Source of the DNA: Klebsormidium nitens
Lineage: Eukaryota > Plantae > Klebsormidiophyceae
Assembly: GCA_000708835.1 (NCBI GenBank)
Contig: DF237069.1
Coordinates: forward strand, 62,001-126,000
DNA length: 64,000 nucleotides
Direction of reading: 5' to 3'
Shown: positions 34,301 to 47,034 of the stretch, piece after piece
Layout: each line of letters opens with the position of its first letter
Numbering within the stretch: the first letter of the stretch is position 1
Notes under the pieces: generated by a model
What the model was told of the DNA's origin: nothing
Seen by the model: the letters and a program-made list of their open reading frames with translations, nothing else
Databases searched by the model: none
Made by a program: the position numbers and the translations under genes

Positions 34301-36842
34301 CACTATGCCCTATCTTCACAGCCCCATGACCACTTCCAATCTGATTCGTTCGAGGGCCCAATATCAGCCAGAGGCAGCCTGAGCAAGGCCCGCAATTGGA
34401 GACAAGCTTGCTTTCAATCGCTGTGCTTCTGATAGCCAGACTGCTCAGAAAGTCTGGCTCACAAAGGCTGGCTTTTCCTTTACTGCCTAAGCATATTTGT
34501 ACAGTTGGCTCTTACCATCTCGAAAGCTGTGCAAAGTCTTACTCACAATATCTGCAAAGGTGCAAAAAAATCCGGCGGCAGAACACAGTAGCATGGACAG
34601 CCCATGCCTGGATGGAAGAGAAGTATCGATACATCGTTGCAGCCCTAACAGTATAGTCCAGCTCTTTTGTTATCTGCACATGCCCAGCTGATCCGAATCC
34701 CACAACTTGTCCCCAATTTGTCCCAGGACCGCGATGACACATACTGCAAGTGTAGGAACGTCGCAAGGCCATGAGCTTCATACACTCCTCTTGCAATCTC
34801 CTCAGACAATCCGAAACAACGACTCTGACCATATCCAATGACGGGTAAATCTCAAGCCTGGGGGCTTCTTTGCCAAACAGGTCGGAAAGGCAAGCGGAAG
34901 GAAAGAATAGAATTCAGACTGACCTCATGAGTGCTGGGACCGACATCCGTGGACCTGAAGTGTTCTGATAAGAACGGGTCCTCCAAGTTCTCAGGGTCCG
35001 TGACAAGGGCCCACGTGAAGGCGTCGCACGTGAGCAGGGCAATAGAATAATTCCCCCTTCTTGAATAACCATGGATCTGCAACACAGAGCAAACACGTCA
35101 ATCTTAAAGGACCCTGAACCACAGTCCCCAGAAGATCTAAGAAATCATGCTTTGGACTCCCAGACCCTTCTTCCTGAATCTGGCCTTAATTGACGCACTG
35201 TAGACTGGCGGCTTCTGGGTAGGTTGCCACCCCAAGAAGCAAAGGACCCGCGCTGCTCAGCCTTGTCTTATTTCAATTCAGCAACAGTCTGTGCAGCAGC
35301 ACACTCTCTCTGCCCAAAGCTTCATACAGGCAGCATGCCGGGAACCTGCTGCGTAAGTAAGTCTTCATCGATAAGCTTTGCTCAGTTCCCTTTAAGGCGA
35401 GTGTGCTTAGTCTACAGCACAAGCTTGAACAACTAGAGACTCGTACCTGACCAAGCGACTTTGTGATAGGGTGCGAATCGTCGCCTTGGTTGAAGACGTC
35501 CACCAGGTCCACCTTGGGGTCCTCTTCCGGCTTGATTAAGAGGGGACGATCCAGGCGGTCGAGGTTAGCGGCCTCCATATCCCGGGATGTGCGCCCCTCA
35601 TGGAGTATCCACAGGCATTTAGCCTCGGCAGCCCCCTTTTTGTGGTTAGTATTTGGGATCATGAGGTTGACATCGGGTTTTTTCCCGCTTGGGGCCCCCC
35701 CCAGGCTGTTCCGCCCTGGCACGGCAGCGTTAGGAGGTAGCCTCCACTCAAAGCGAAGCCTCTGGTCGTGGTACTCCTTCTTCAGGACCCGGTTGACAAT
35801 CTTGAATGCCTGCAGCAAGTTGCGAGTACGAGTGAGGACACAGCCATATAGCCCCCAAAAAAGCAGGCTTTCCACAAACACAAGGCCTATCCTCTTGATG
35901 ATCAGCGGGCTGTCACATGCAGGACTTGCGCTCATATTCATCTACTGACACAGGTTCAGTCGGTCATCAAATCAAATTTTCATCCTACTTCATGCGCTCT
36001 CGAGAATTGAGCAAAACACATGAACCAAAACGGTAAGAGCTGGTTTTTGCATATTAGAAAGAAGAAGGCATGATGCTTCTGCCAGGCACAAAGGAGTACT
36101 TACGTTATGATACACATTGCTGTGCAGCTGCGCTTCACCCTGTGAGGGTTCCTGGCGCTCTCGGTCAAGTTCTGGGGGGACAAAATCACGGGTTGTGTCC
36201 TCCTGACTGTTCATGAATTGCCGTACCACGGGTTTCAGCTGACACCGCCTGATCGTGCGCGGAAACTGGTTGACTAACGATGACGAGCACCTCAGCATTC
36301 TTGCTTCCTGGTGTGCTACACCATTGTTGGTCGGGAGGGCCAGCAGTTCCTTGCGGGACACCGGGCCTGTAAGAGGATTGAAAAAGTAGTAAGACATTCC
36401 AAATTGAGCCAGGAATAGCCTCAGCAGGAAGGGCTTTGCAGACCTCAGGCATGCTGTTTAGCTATCGGTATTGCTAAACCTTGAGATAGTTTCTGCTAAG
36501 GCCTGCCATTTTCAGGCTGAAGACATAAGAACTGCTTCTACTACTCTCAGCCTTCAGAAGCATCCGTGGTACAAACGCTCAGCACATGCATTCAGGGTAG
36601 ATATCCAACCCACCTATGGACCTAGGGCCGCAAATGATGGACCCAGCTTGCAGGAACATCTCTTCCACGTAGCTCGACCTTCCTGCATAGATCATTGATC
36701 CCTCTGCAGTTTTTGCATATGCAAGTCCAGTTGCTGTCAGAAAATCGGGTATGCTAACGCAATTCTCGAGCAACATCACCATCCTTTGCTCCTCCATTTC
36801 TTCACCATCATAGCGGACACGGAATGTAATGGAAGTAGCCAT
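31365..36842 (-). CDS. Multidomain Crinkler(CR)-effector-like protein (~1000 aa): Ubl-like N-terminal header, PD-(D/E)xK nuclease, Gly/Ala repeat, atypical protein kinase
   Basis: 6 exons with consistent phases: 36842-36614, 36366-36104, 35809-35447, 35076-34924, 34250-32528 (spans the N gap), 31785-31365. Nuclease motifs KPD-x15-EAK and Q|IHGY (QxxxY). Kinase motifs AVAVK, LLNEA, HGDVRLSN, IDFG. The first exon is the least certain. Confidence 0.85.
32750..34050 (-). repeat. Degenerate 30-bp (10-aa) coding tandem repeat, consensus roughly GAGAGG-x-A-(L/V)-(T/I)
   Basis: Clearest at 33481-33570 (ccagcgccggtcagcgcattgccccccgct-like units). There is also an internal ~100-bp duplication, ~32991-33080 versus ~33311-33400. 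Confidence 0.9.
32907..32926. other. Assembly gap (20 N) flanked by near-identical ~67-bp copies
   Basis: 32838-32906 and 32927-~32992 are the same sequence apart from small indels in the left copy. Confidence 0.95.
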
Positions 36843-37264
36843 GCTCAGAATGAGCGCTGGAGGCCAAGCACAAAACAATGAAGCTGAAACTCGTTCGCTA
36901 CTCAGGCTAATGCCAATGGTGGCCAGCAAAGGTCATTCTGCATTCACCAGACCGCCCTGTTAAATCCACTATAATGTAACGGCAGCATCCTCACCACCCC
37001 CATGCCTTGCGCCTTATCTTGCCTAAGACCAAGTATATTATTACTACTATTATTATTAGTTCAGAGTCCGGTATATTATACCTATGCTATCATTAAATCA
37101 TCTAAGACTAGGATATAGACTGAAGAGCAATTTGATGTGAGAAGCACGCACACACAGGATGTGGCAGACAGGCTCTCTTGAAGTTGAGCAATCTTTTGCC
37201 ATTGGCAGTGTCCAGGCAAGCCTCTACAGACAAGGCGATCCTGTCAGCTGCAGGAGCACGTGAT

Positions 37265-39865
37265 ATGGCATCATGTCAGGCCCTTCTCCAGCAGCAGTGG
37301 AAGTTGCTGACGGCAGGTGCAAGCGGACGACAGCCGCCGCTGCCCTTTTCCACATTGCCACCAGTGCCTGTAATTTCGGTGCACTCGCTCCGTTCCCTTC
37401 ATATGTCGCAACCAGCACCCTTGCCCAAAATGTCGCATTCAGGACCGCCGCTGGCTTCAAAGTCAGGGCAGCCTTTTCCACAACTTATTTCAGACTGCAG
37501 GAGGCAGCGGGGCACGCGCCACGTTTTGCATAGGATGATGGCCGTTTTGCATAGGATGATGGCAAACTCTAGCAATGGTGGTGGGAGCGAAAAGTCTTTC
37601 GAGGCAGACATTGAGACTAACGTGAAGCCCGTAAGTGAACTGGGCACAGGCGCTGTTGACACCGAGGAAAGCGAGCAAACGGGGCAACCAATTGCGGCAT
37701 TGCGATCGCAAGAGACCCCCGACAATGTCAATGAAGGTGCAGTGCGTTTTCTGAGGGCTCCCGTGTGGAGGGCGGTGGGGAAGGCGCTGTTGATACCTGT
37801 GGCTCTGCTGGAGCGGACTTTAAATGGTGAAGTGAGCCCTGCTGCCTAAAAAAAATTCTTGTGGGTCTGGGCACTGGTCGAGCCTCTGATCGCAGGTCGG
37901 CAGGGTGGTGGGTTTTCCAATGTTGTTAGCAATGTTCCTCTAGTGCAACCATCATTCTGAAAGTCCAAGCTAAGGACGGGGTGGTCACGTCTTGTGGACT
38001 GCAAGCGGTCACTCTGCTCATGTGTGAGGGAGGCCGTTTGACTGACTTTTGCAGTCCCACATGGCATAGAAGCACAGGAAGCGCGTAGATCCCATCACCA
38101 ATGGCAGAGAGTTTTGGCCCCAGGAAGTCGGATCAGAAGAGTCTACCTGCACCACAATGGTCACTGGGTACCGTCAAGTGTGCCCACTTACTGGTCACAT
38201 CATTTCTTAGAGCCTGCCTCGGCCGACAATACGAAAGCCCAGACGTTCTCTGACTGATGCGCCGCTAGACCTGCTCATGTTGGAAAGTATAATCGTGAAA
38301 CTATGTGAGATTAGGCAGACAACCTTTGTGGCTGCAACGTGACTGACGTAAACATGCTTGCACAGTGGTCAGATCCGCCCAATCAGAACCTGCATCCACA
38401 ATGAATTTCTCGTCGCTCAACTTCTGTGCGGGTGCTTCCGGCCAGTGTACCGAGTCACCTCGGCGTCTCAATCCCCAGACCCATTTTGTATCAGCTTTCT
38501 TTTGTGTGAAGTCTGCTTATTTGTAGTCCTGATCTTTGACCGCAATCTCCTCACAGTGGCTGCGCAAGGAGTGGCGCGTCCCCTGGGGCGTCCACGCCAC
38601 GTTTGCCGTCTTTTTCGGCTCCCAGTTTGCGGCGGCTGTCATGGGCCAACTCAGCGAAAACCTCCTGTGTCGCATCCTGGGGTCGGAGATCGCCGGGAGC
38701 GAGCTGCAGCGCTTTGTTTCGCGGACCGCCGCCTACCTCACGGTCGCCCTTATCCTGGAGGTGTTCCTTTCCAACCAAAAGAAGAAGCTCGAGGAGAACC
38801 CGTTTGAGATGGGGCGGACGTCTCGGTGGGGGCAGCTCAAGTGGGTGGCCCTTTGGTTGGCATTCAGGATCTTGTGGGGGGGGATCGCGTCCCGGGGGCT
38901 CGTACTTTCCGGGATGTGCGAGCCGCCGTCGGCGTTTCCAATTGAGCGCATGCCGCTTACTCTGGAGCACGACATGCGGCTGGGGATCGGCGGAGAGGTC
39001 GTGGGAGGTGAGAAGCGAATGATGACAGATGTCGTGTCAAAAAAGGGCTTGATTGAATGTGTGCACATTCAGTTTCTTGTTGGTTGACATTGGTCGGCGA
39101 CTTAGACGGGAAAGGGCCCGTGTTGACAGCAAAAAAGGCAACGCAGGCTCAAGGCAGCTTGCCAACCGAAACGGCTGACGCTCGCTTTCTTGGCTGTCAA
39201 CTTTTTGTTGTGCACGGACTACCAACGGTATCACGGTATCACGGTATCATCCAAATCCAAGTCTTCACCCCTTCGGCCAATCTCAGACGGCAGCAAAGAG
39301 CCTCCTCGCTTGTCCCGACTTTGATTCACTATGTATCCGTCTCTGCACATTCTGCCGCCTCTTGATGACAAACCCGCCTTTCGGACCATGCTGAAAAAAG
39401 ACCAGACCTTGTCGCTGTGCAGGCCTGAGCGCGGAGACCGTTGCGGGGATCGCTCGATTCGCGGGCCCGCTCAATTCCCTTCTGGACGTCGCGGTCGCCC
39501 CCTGGTTCGAGGAGGCGTTCTTCCGGGGTTTCCTCCAGACCTCGCTCGCATCTGCAATCCACCCCCTTGGAGCAATCATAACAACAGCGTTCTATCAAGG
39601 GCTGGTCTTCACAGGCCGCTTACATCAGTGCAGCGTACGGCCTACGGTTCTTCACCCGCTGAGCCTCCTCTGGCGGTGGGGTGCCGAATCCGCGCTGGCT
39701 GCTGTGGCGTATGGTTTCGTATACCAGAGGACACGCTCGCTGGTGCCAGTAGTGCTGCTGCACCAGCTAGAAATTGTCTCCAAAATGCTGATCGTTCTAC
39801 AGGAGAGGGCGCTTATTGGGACGTTCCTGAAAGTGGCCTTGCGGAAAAGTGCTGCAGGACAGTAA
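37265..39865 (+). CDS. CPBP/CAAX-protease (Rce1/Abi-like) family membrane protein with a probable organellar transit peptide
   Basis: In-phase exons 37265-37831, 38557-39007, 39423-39865. Motifs WRVPW, APWFEEAFFRGFL, YQRTRSLVPVVLLH. Ser/Pro/Arg-rich N-terminus. Confidence 0.82.
37522..37563 (+). repeat. Exact 21-bp in-frame tandem duplication (VLHRMMA x2)
   Basis: cgttttgcataggatgatggc occurs twice. Confidence 0.95.
39225..39248. repeat. Intronic 8-bp tandem repeat, three copies
   Basis: acggtatc x3. Confidence 0.9.
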
Positions 39866-41022
39866 CGCATGTTCATGTAATTATGCAATCAAACATTCCA
39901 AACGATGCGTAGGGTTGCACTTCGTGTGGAAACCTGTCGATCAATCATGATAGTCTGGCGTTACTCTATATGACGGGAAGGACAACGAATCTGGAGTTTT
40001 GAAGTGGCGGCAAACACGGGTAGCGAGTCAGTCGTATCCAGAATGAAGATGACTCCTGCATGCCGCAAACTGCCGCCTTGTGCATGTGTAGGGGTATAAC
40101 ATCATATAATCAGCGCTTGCCAGGGCATCATCGCCGGCCCCTTTCATTTGATGTGCATCTATGCACACGCGGTCTCTGAAATCACCAATCATATAAGCCC
40201 GGTGGCCACGACGCCACAGCGGTCACATAGACCGTACTCAGTACTGAGCTCAGAAGAATCTTTCAAATTACAACCAGTTTTATTATGCGGTCGAAGCTGG
40301 TTCTTTGAATGCAGTACGTGACTAAGACTTGCTGCGCCGCCTATAGGCTAGCACATGTAGGACCAAACCCCGGCCGGCCAGCTGCATGTGTCGGACATGC
40401 CGGCCAGCAATTACAGAACTTCAAATGTATCGGTATAGTACTTTGAACCACTTGCAGGAGTTGCAGCCTATAAGAGTCCTCAGGCATGACAAGCAGCTAT
40501 AGAGCTGCTCAGTGCCTATCGCACAACAGTGGTATGTGTATAAAGCGAGGCTATAACTGCGGGCAGCCCCTGCACATGCATATGCATGGTATGATCGTGA
40601 TTCGACGCTCACCAGCAGAAGAAATGATCGATGTGACCATCATAACAGCAATGATGCGAATTCAGCGCACATATATGTGTCAACTCGTTATGTGCATAGA
40701 TGTGTGAGCAGATTGAAAGTTTGGGATCCTATATCCGTTTGACAAAGCCATTTCATTTCTTGATTAGGAATCACCTCTTTTAGGCAAAACAAGCCCTCTG
40801 CCGCACCTGCATCAACTTGACGGGAATTGAAAGGCGACCAGACACCCGCCTTATGACGTTTCCAACTTGTGCGCTCAAGAGTGTGCAAGGAGGTTCTCAG
40901 AAAGCTCCTTTTGATTGTGTAATGCCAACAACTGCCAACAACTGAATAAGGCAGCCAACTAAGTGCGCAGGTACCATGTGCAGAGAAGAAGCAGCTGGGT
41001 TGTGCTGGGCGCCAGCAGCTTG

Positions 41023-44000
41023 TCAGACTTGAGGTATGGTCCATTTCCGCAAGCACGCATCGTCTCCAGCAGAAAGAAGGAGCGTGTTGCTCAGCCACGC
41101 GACCGCCGTGACGCCGCCCGGGTGAGCGCCCTGCAGCAGTGCGGAGGCAATGTCAGCTCCCGCAGCACATGGACGCTGTTTAGTCTCTTGAAATAATAAC
41201 AATAAGCTCGTCCTCGTAATCAGATCTGGAGATGACTTCTTCAAGGCTCTGTAAACCTTGTGCCACAATGGCCTTCCAAGCCCAGTGCTGCTCACTAGTC
41301 CCACCTTTGTGGCACTCAGGCTTACGTGAATCGCATGCAGGAGAAATACACCTCCCCAGCACCGTGGCTGGCCTTTCTCTGTTTCTCGCACGGCTGCAGG
41401 ATCTTTCAAGGAGTTTTGCTCGGGGGCCTTCTTCCAGTTGTTCAAGTTTTGGTCAGTCATCGACGGTCCAGAATGAGGTGCGCCGTTTGATGGCAAAAGC
41501 AGAGCTTAAACTAATTACTCAACGGGAATAAGAGTGCCGCCTTCGGTCGCACCCTACCTTGATGGACTGCCGCGCGGAGGCCGGCTTGTTGACGTCCCAC
41601 ACGAGCAGGTTGGTGTCCAGGGAACCGGTGGCGAGCCGCGTGCTGTCGGGGGACCACGCGATGCTGCTGATGCGCGCCGTGTGGTACAGCATGTCCTTCA
41701 GCTTCACCTGGAGAGGGAGCGCAGGAGCCGTTCATTTTACAATAGATGACTTGGTCTTGCGCTTGGAGATGCGGTGAGCAAAGTGGATTGTGATAAAGAC
41801 CGTGTGCTGAATCTCATGTGTTCGTACTGTCCGCATCCAAGAAAACGCGATCACTGCCCTTCAATCTCTTATAACCTCTTAATTTTCAGCAAGATGTAAT
41901 CGATGTCTGCCACCCCGGTTGGAAGGTCGATTTGTGGCTCGACTCCAACCTTCCTGTTACACTCGACTTTCAAACATCAAACGCCGACGGCCCACCTCTC
42001 TCGTGACCCGGTGCCACACGACAGCTTCTCGGTTCTGGTCCGCCGTCGCAATCCAGGCCCCGTCCGGTGAGTAGCGCACGGCCATGATGGGACCCCGGTG
42101 CCGCTCGAGAACCGCCTCCTCTTCGAGAGAATCTCCGGACACTCTGTACACGCGCACCTTCCCGTCCGAACCCCCAACAGCGGCCTCCTTCCCGTCCGGC
42201 GCCAGCCCTGCGGCGGTCGCGTTGTAGCCGACTTTCGTTGTGGAAACTAACTGCAAAGAGGAGCGGTGAGGTTCGCAATGCTGAGTGGCTTTTGTATGGC
42301 GGAGCGTTTTCTTCGTTCTTCGGCAAGGTGTTTTATAGTTCAGCTCTTGGCCGAAAAGAATACCAAATCTCTCGCTCAGCGCGCCTGCAGGTTAAGGGAA
42401 CTCATCCAGCGGTTGGAATGTACTGATCAGGAAAGACAGCGCATCGGTATGTGGGGGCAGCCTGCTTCACCATGTCCGTCGTGCAAGACTTGTCGTGCAA
42501 GACAGGGCAGCGAGGCGCTCATCCGCAAGCTCTCGAGATGGGTACCGCCTTCCTCAATACAAGACCCGAACAGCTTTCTGCTGATCCCCCCAGCCGAAGC
42601 TGCCAAACACACTGCAACATCTTCAAGGCCAAGAGGCTACGTTGCGGAGTCCTCAGCGGACAAACTGACTTCGGCCACTCGCTTTGAGTATATACCTGTC
42701 CATCTCGGAAAGACACGTTGCCGTTCACTTGCCTTTCCATCTCGGAGCAACACGATGCCGTTCGCAGTTGCGACGATTGCTAGGTCTCCGGCCACGTCCA
42801 GATCGCTCGGTTGGCCGCCCAGAGGGACTGGCCCGGGCGCTTCTGCGTACTGCTCGGCTGGGAGCGGAGTCCGTCGGAACGTGTCGTCGAGACCTACGGA
42901 GAGCAGTTCTTGGGACGTAGGAGACACCGCGAGAGCAACGATGCCGTTGGTGTGACCTGCACGGAAAGGAGCGGTTGGTGCCAAAAATTTCGAGAGTAGC
43001 GCAGTGAGGTTCCACGATGACTGCGAAGACGGAAGTATGGTCTTCGCAAGATTGAAACGAAGTTGCACACTCAGTAGTAGGCTGCTCAAGGAATTGAAGA
43101 GCTTCGTCATGCGTAAAACCCCCAACATATTTGGGCTTGTTGCCAGTAGTAGCCGGCTGGTAACTCACGGCTCAAACGGCTCAAACCTGACCTTTCCTGC
43201 GGCCTCGATGTGAATCGAACTTCCTTGAGCTCGAAACCCCAAAGAGCACAGAAGTGTTTTCATCATTGCGGCGCAGATTGCTCCAAAAACCTCTCTCAAT
43301 ATAATACTGTGCCGCATTTGACAACGCCTTCCATGGTCGTTGCTCCGTGAGATTTTCTTAGCAACTACCATTTGCTCAAACAAATAAACATGGAAAAGAC
43401 TTATGGTTAAAAGTTCTAAATCCTCCGCCCAGCGACAGAATCTTTGCCCACCTTTGCCCTGAACCTTCCCAAGGCACCCCCGCTCGAGGTCCCATCGCTG
43501 CACGCTCCCGTCGTAGCTCCCGGAGAAAGCCTCCCGTGCTGGGCCGTGCTTGGCGGGGACGACGGCAAGCGCGGTGACGTACTTGACGTGGCCGGAGATG
43601 ACGCGCGCGGGCTGCTGCGGGTGGGCGGGGTCTAGATAGTTGATGGCGCCGCTGAGGGAGACGGTGAGCAGGCGCTCGTTAAGCCAGAGGCAACCGACCT
43701 GCGGAACAGTTACGAACAAAAGATTGAACTGAGGATCCTTTTGAGCGCGGGTGCCCGGCAACTGCAGGTTGGAAGTCCCCGGAAACATATATAAGTGAAC
43801 CGACGGTGGCGAGAGAGCGACGGCAAATACAGGGTAGGACGAGGCACAATCATGTCGATGGGCCGGTAAGGGGCATTCGGGCTAGAAAGAGGAGGCCAAT
43901 CGGCGTGGGCATGCGACGCGTCATTTTCCGAGCAGTTTTGGTGCTCGTATAGCAAGCAGGCTGTGAAAGCCTAATCAGTAGATTCGTCGAAGCAAACCCA

Positions 44001-46581
44001 CAGTCGGCCGAAACGGGAAGCTGAGCTACTACAGCTGTGGAGAGGCCAAGAAGAAACTGGTCCACTGCAACGTCTACTGGGAAAGTTCGATTTTCATTTT
44101 CTTCCAGGTGACGAAAAATCGCTCTCGTGACCTGTCTCGTGGCAAAATCCTACATATTCCATGCCATCAGTCTGAGAAATTGCAAGTCTGAGAAATTGCA
44201 AGGGAACCCTGGCAGTTCAAGCCGTACCTGCATATCCTCCACGGTGGGCTTGGCTGCAAACGAGAACGTAGTCTCCACTTCTCCCGTGCTTCCATCATCC
44301 GCAATGCTCCAGATCTTGGCCGTCTTGTCAGCTGATACCGTCAGAATCTGCAAACGATCAAAACGGCGGATGATGAGTCGAGCAGGGCGGAAGAAGATGT
44401 TCGAGCATGAGCACATCGCAATGAATGACGAATCCAGTACAAGACTTCACAAGAAAAGGTGAAGGGCAAAGACTGTGCATGAATAAAAGCGAAGTCTTCA
44501 AAGCCCGGGAATCGCCACAGGTGCGTAAGAGGTCTAATGTTGCCAAACATGGCTGCTGCGTGGCCCGAGAGCCATGCCTTTCCCTGCACGTCCTCTTGAC
44601 TAACCACAGTCATATTCGTGGACTTCTGATTAAGTCCACGAATATGACCGTTGTTTTTGAAATGCAACCCTGTTGCCAGTGGGATCAGAATGGAGATATT
44701 TTGCGAGTAGAACCAACCCCTCTCAAGACTTCCAGTTCTTGCAAACACGGTGAAGCAGTCATCTGCCGATTCTCATGAGCGTCCAGTACAGGCGGGGTTC
44801 TGTCTACCTTCTTACTGTCTGGGCTCCAGCTGAGTGCGTAGATGCTGCCCTTGTGGCCGTTCTCCTTCTTCAGCTCGCCCTTCTTCTCGCCTGTCGCCCC
44901 ATCGTAGACGAAGCCCTTCTGGTCTGAGGACACTGTGATGAACTTCGTTCCATCCGGAGAGTACCTCACGCAGTTGACAAAGTTGGAATGCTCCCTGCAA
45001 TGACCATCAAGATAGGGTGGTTTTAAGGTTCCTGCTGATGACTACACATGAAATCTTTCAACAATCCATTTTGCGGACCGTTCAACGAAATCTCGTGAGG
45101 TCCAGTATGCAAAGATGATCCACAAGTCAGGTCCGAGCCAAGACTGTATATGCTTCAGAATCTTGCAAGCCCATCTTATTGCTCTGCGCAATCTTACCCG
45201 CCTCTTATGGCTGATGAAAACCTGTTCTGCAGCCATTCCAGTCTCCAGCGATCTGTTGAGGCCAAAGACTGTCTGGACACAATAGCAGGTCACCAGGGTA
45301 AAAGAATGGACTCTTCGAGGTCCAGCTTCTAACAGGCGATGTTTAGTGCAGAGATGCTATGTCAGCAGGTATGTTGCGCACCTGTGGGAAGTTTTGAACT
45401 TGAACGGCGGCCCCTCGTAGTAATTCACCACGAAATCCTCCCCGCATGAAGCAATCCGGAAGGGCCGGGAGGGCTTGAAGCTACAGCTCAGGACTCGCTT
45501 GGAGTGGCCCTCAAACTCGCCCAGGTTGCCCCCAGCGTCCCACCTGCAATTGGCACAGTTTAAGTACACAAGTTATCTCAAAACAATAGGCTGCCTGAAA
45601 TCCTCTCATATTGTGCTGCGTGAGAAGATATGGTACACCAACGATTCTTCACCAAGATTGATTCTCTGAGATTGTTGTCGGCTAGTTGAGGGAGAAACCA
45701 CACAGCAGCATCGGGTATCAGAACTGATTGCTGACTCGATGGCCAGGTGCTCCCCAGAATTCCCAAAACTTACGTGAAAGCGCGCACGAATGTGGCACCC
45801 TTTGCATCGCCGCACACCACAATCCGCTGGCCGTCTGCCGACCACTGAAGGTCGTCCACACTGCCCCCCAGGGCCCTCAGCTCGTACTTCAAGCGGTGCT
45901 CAGGGCCATGGACAGCCCAGACACGGACCTGACCAAGACACAGTTTGAGACATGCTTGTATATCGCCAAAGTTTCTGGGCCTTTAACAATTCTGACATGG
46001 CTTTCGTCAGATTGTGGTGCGCTTGTCAGCTGAAAACCAGTTTTTCTCCTAGAAACACGAGTTTTTGGCTTGATTGGTGATCCTTTCCAAACAATTCTGG
46101 TAACCTGAGGGTTTGTTCGTGAAACCTGTCCTCCCTCCATCAAAAAGGGAAAGAGACCTCCGGAACATGGCAGGCAAGTGTTGCATTCCCCATCTTCCAT
46201 TAAAAAGGAACCTGCTGATGAAGCACAGGCCTAAAGAATCCAATTTCCAACAGATGTAGCTGCATAGCCGGTCCTTGACTGAGTGCCCCTGAAGAAATAG
46301 AACATGACACACATAACCCAGTTCTAAAGCCCTACCTGTCCCGAAATATCTGCTGAGGCCACCCATTCGCCATTTGGACTGAATCTTGCCACTGTGGTTG
46401 CGTAAGCGTGCTCACTGTAAATGGTGCATTCTAGTGGGTTTTCCAAGCTCCGCAAGACAACTGATCTGCCATTTGTGTAAGCAAAGCGCCCTGTCTTCAC
46501 GTCTCCCGCAATGAGGATGCCCCGACCTCTTTCTGTGCCTGGCAGACAGGCATGTGTGGTTTCCAGTTGAGGAGCAGCCAT
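41023..46581 (-). CDS. AIP1: Actin-interacting protein 1 (WD40 repeat, WDR1)
   Basis: Motifs [104 protein letters not shown], spread over multiple exons. Confidence 0.96.
44170..44201. repeat. Intronic 16-bp tandem duplication
   Basis: gtctgagaaattgcaa occurs twice. Confidence 0.9.
44609..44648. repeat. Perfect 17-bp inverted repeat with a 6-nt loop in an AIP1 intron
   Basis: gtcatattcgtggactt (44609-44625), loop ctgatt, aagtccacgaatatgac (44632-44648). Confidence 0.95.
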
Positions 46582-47034
46582 GGGCCCACTTTGAAATTCG
46601 CCAGACAATGCAGCCACTTCTGTTTTTTGGGCAAGGCAGAATGCGCCCTTCGAGACTAGTAGTAGCAAAGTTACCCAGTCTGCTGCTCCGTTCAGGCTCT
46701 TCGAGTCACAGAGCAGTCTGAGCTGCGACAGCCACTGGCTTCATACTTTGAAAAGTTTCAGGCAGAAACGAGAAAGCAAATGTCGGCTCAGCGAGTAGCG
46801 CACATCTAGGCTCAAGGGGTGGCACCACTGTGACCTGAGTTGTATCCTAGAAGCACCACTCACCTGCATCTAGAAGTACCTGAACGTGGAGGAGCTGCTT
46901 GATGCATGTTGTCAGGATCCCTCTTCTGGTCGTCTTTGAAAGCACTAGCTAATTGAGCGGTCCATTTGATCTGCACGTATAGTCGCTGCCTGTGATTGCA
47001 AGCTGGTGGACTTCTTGCAATTGTTGGTGCCACT

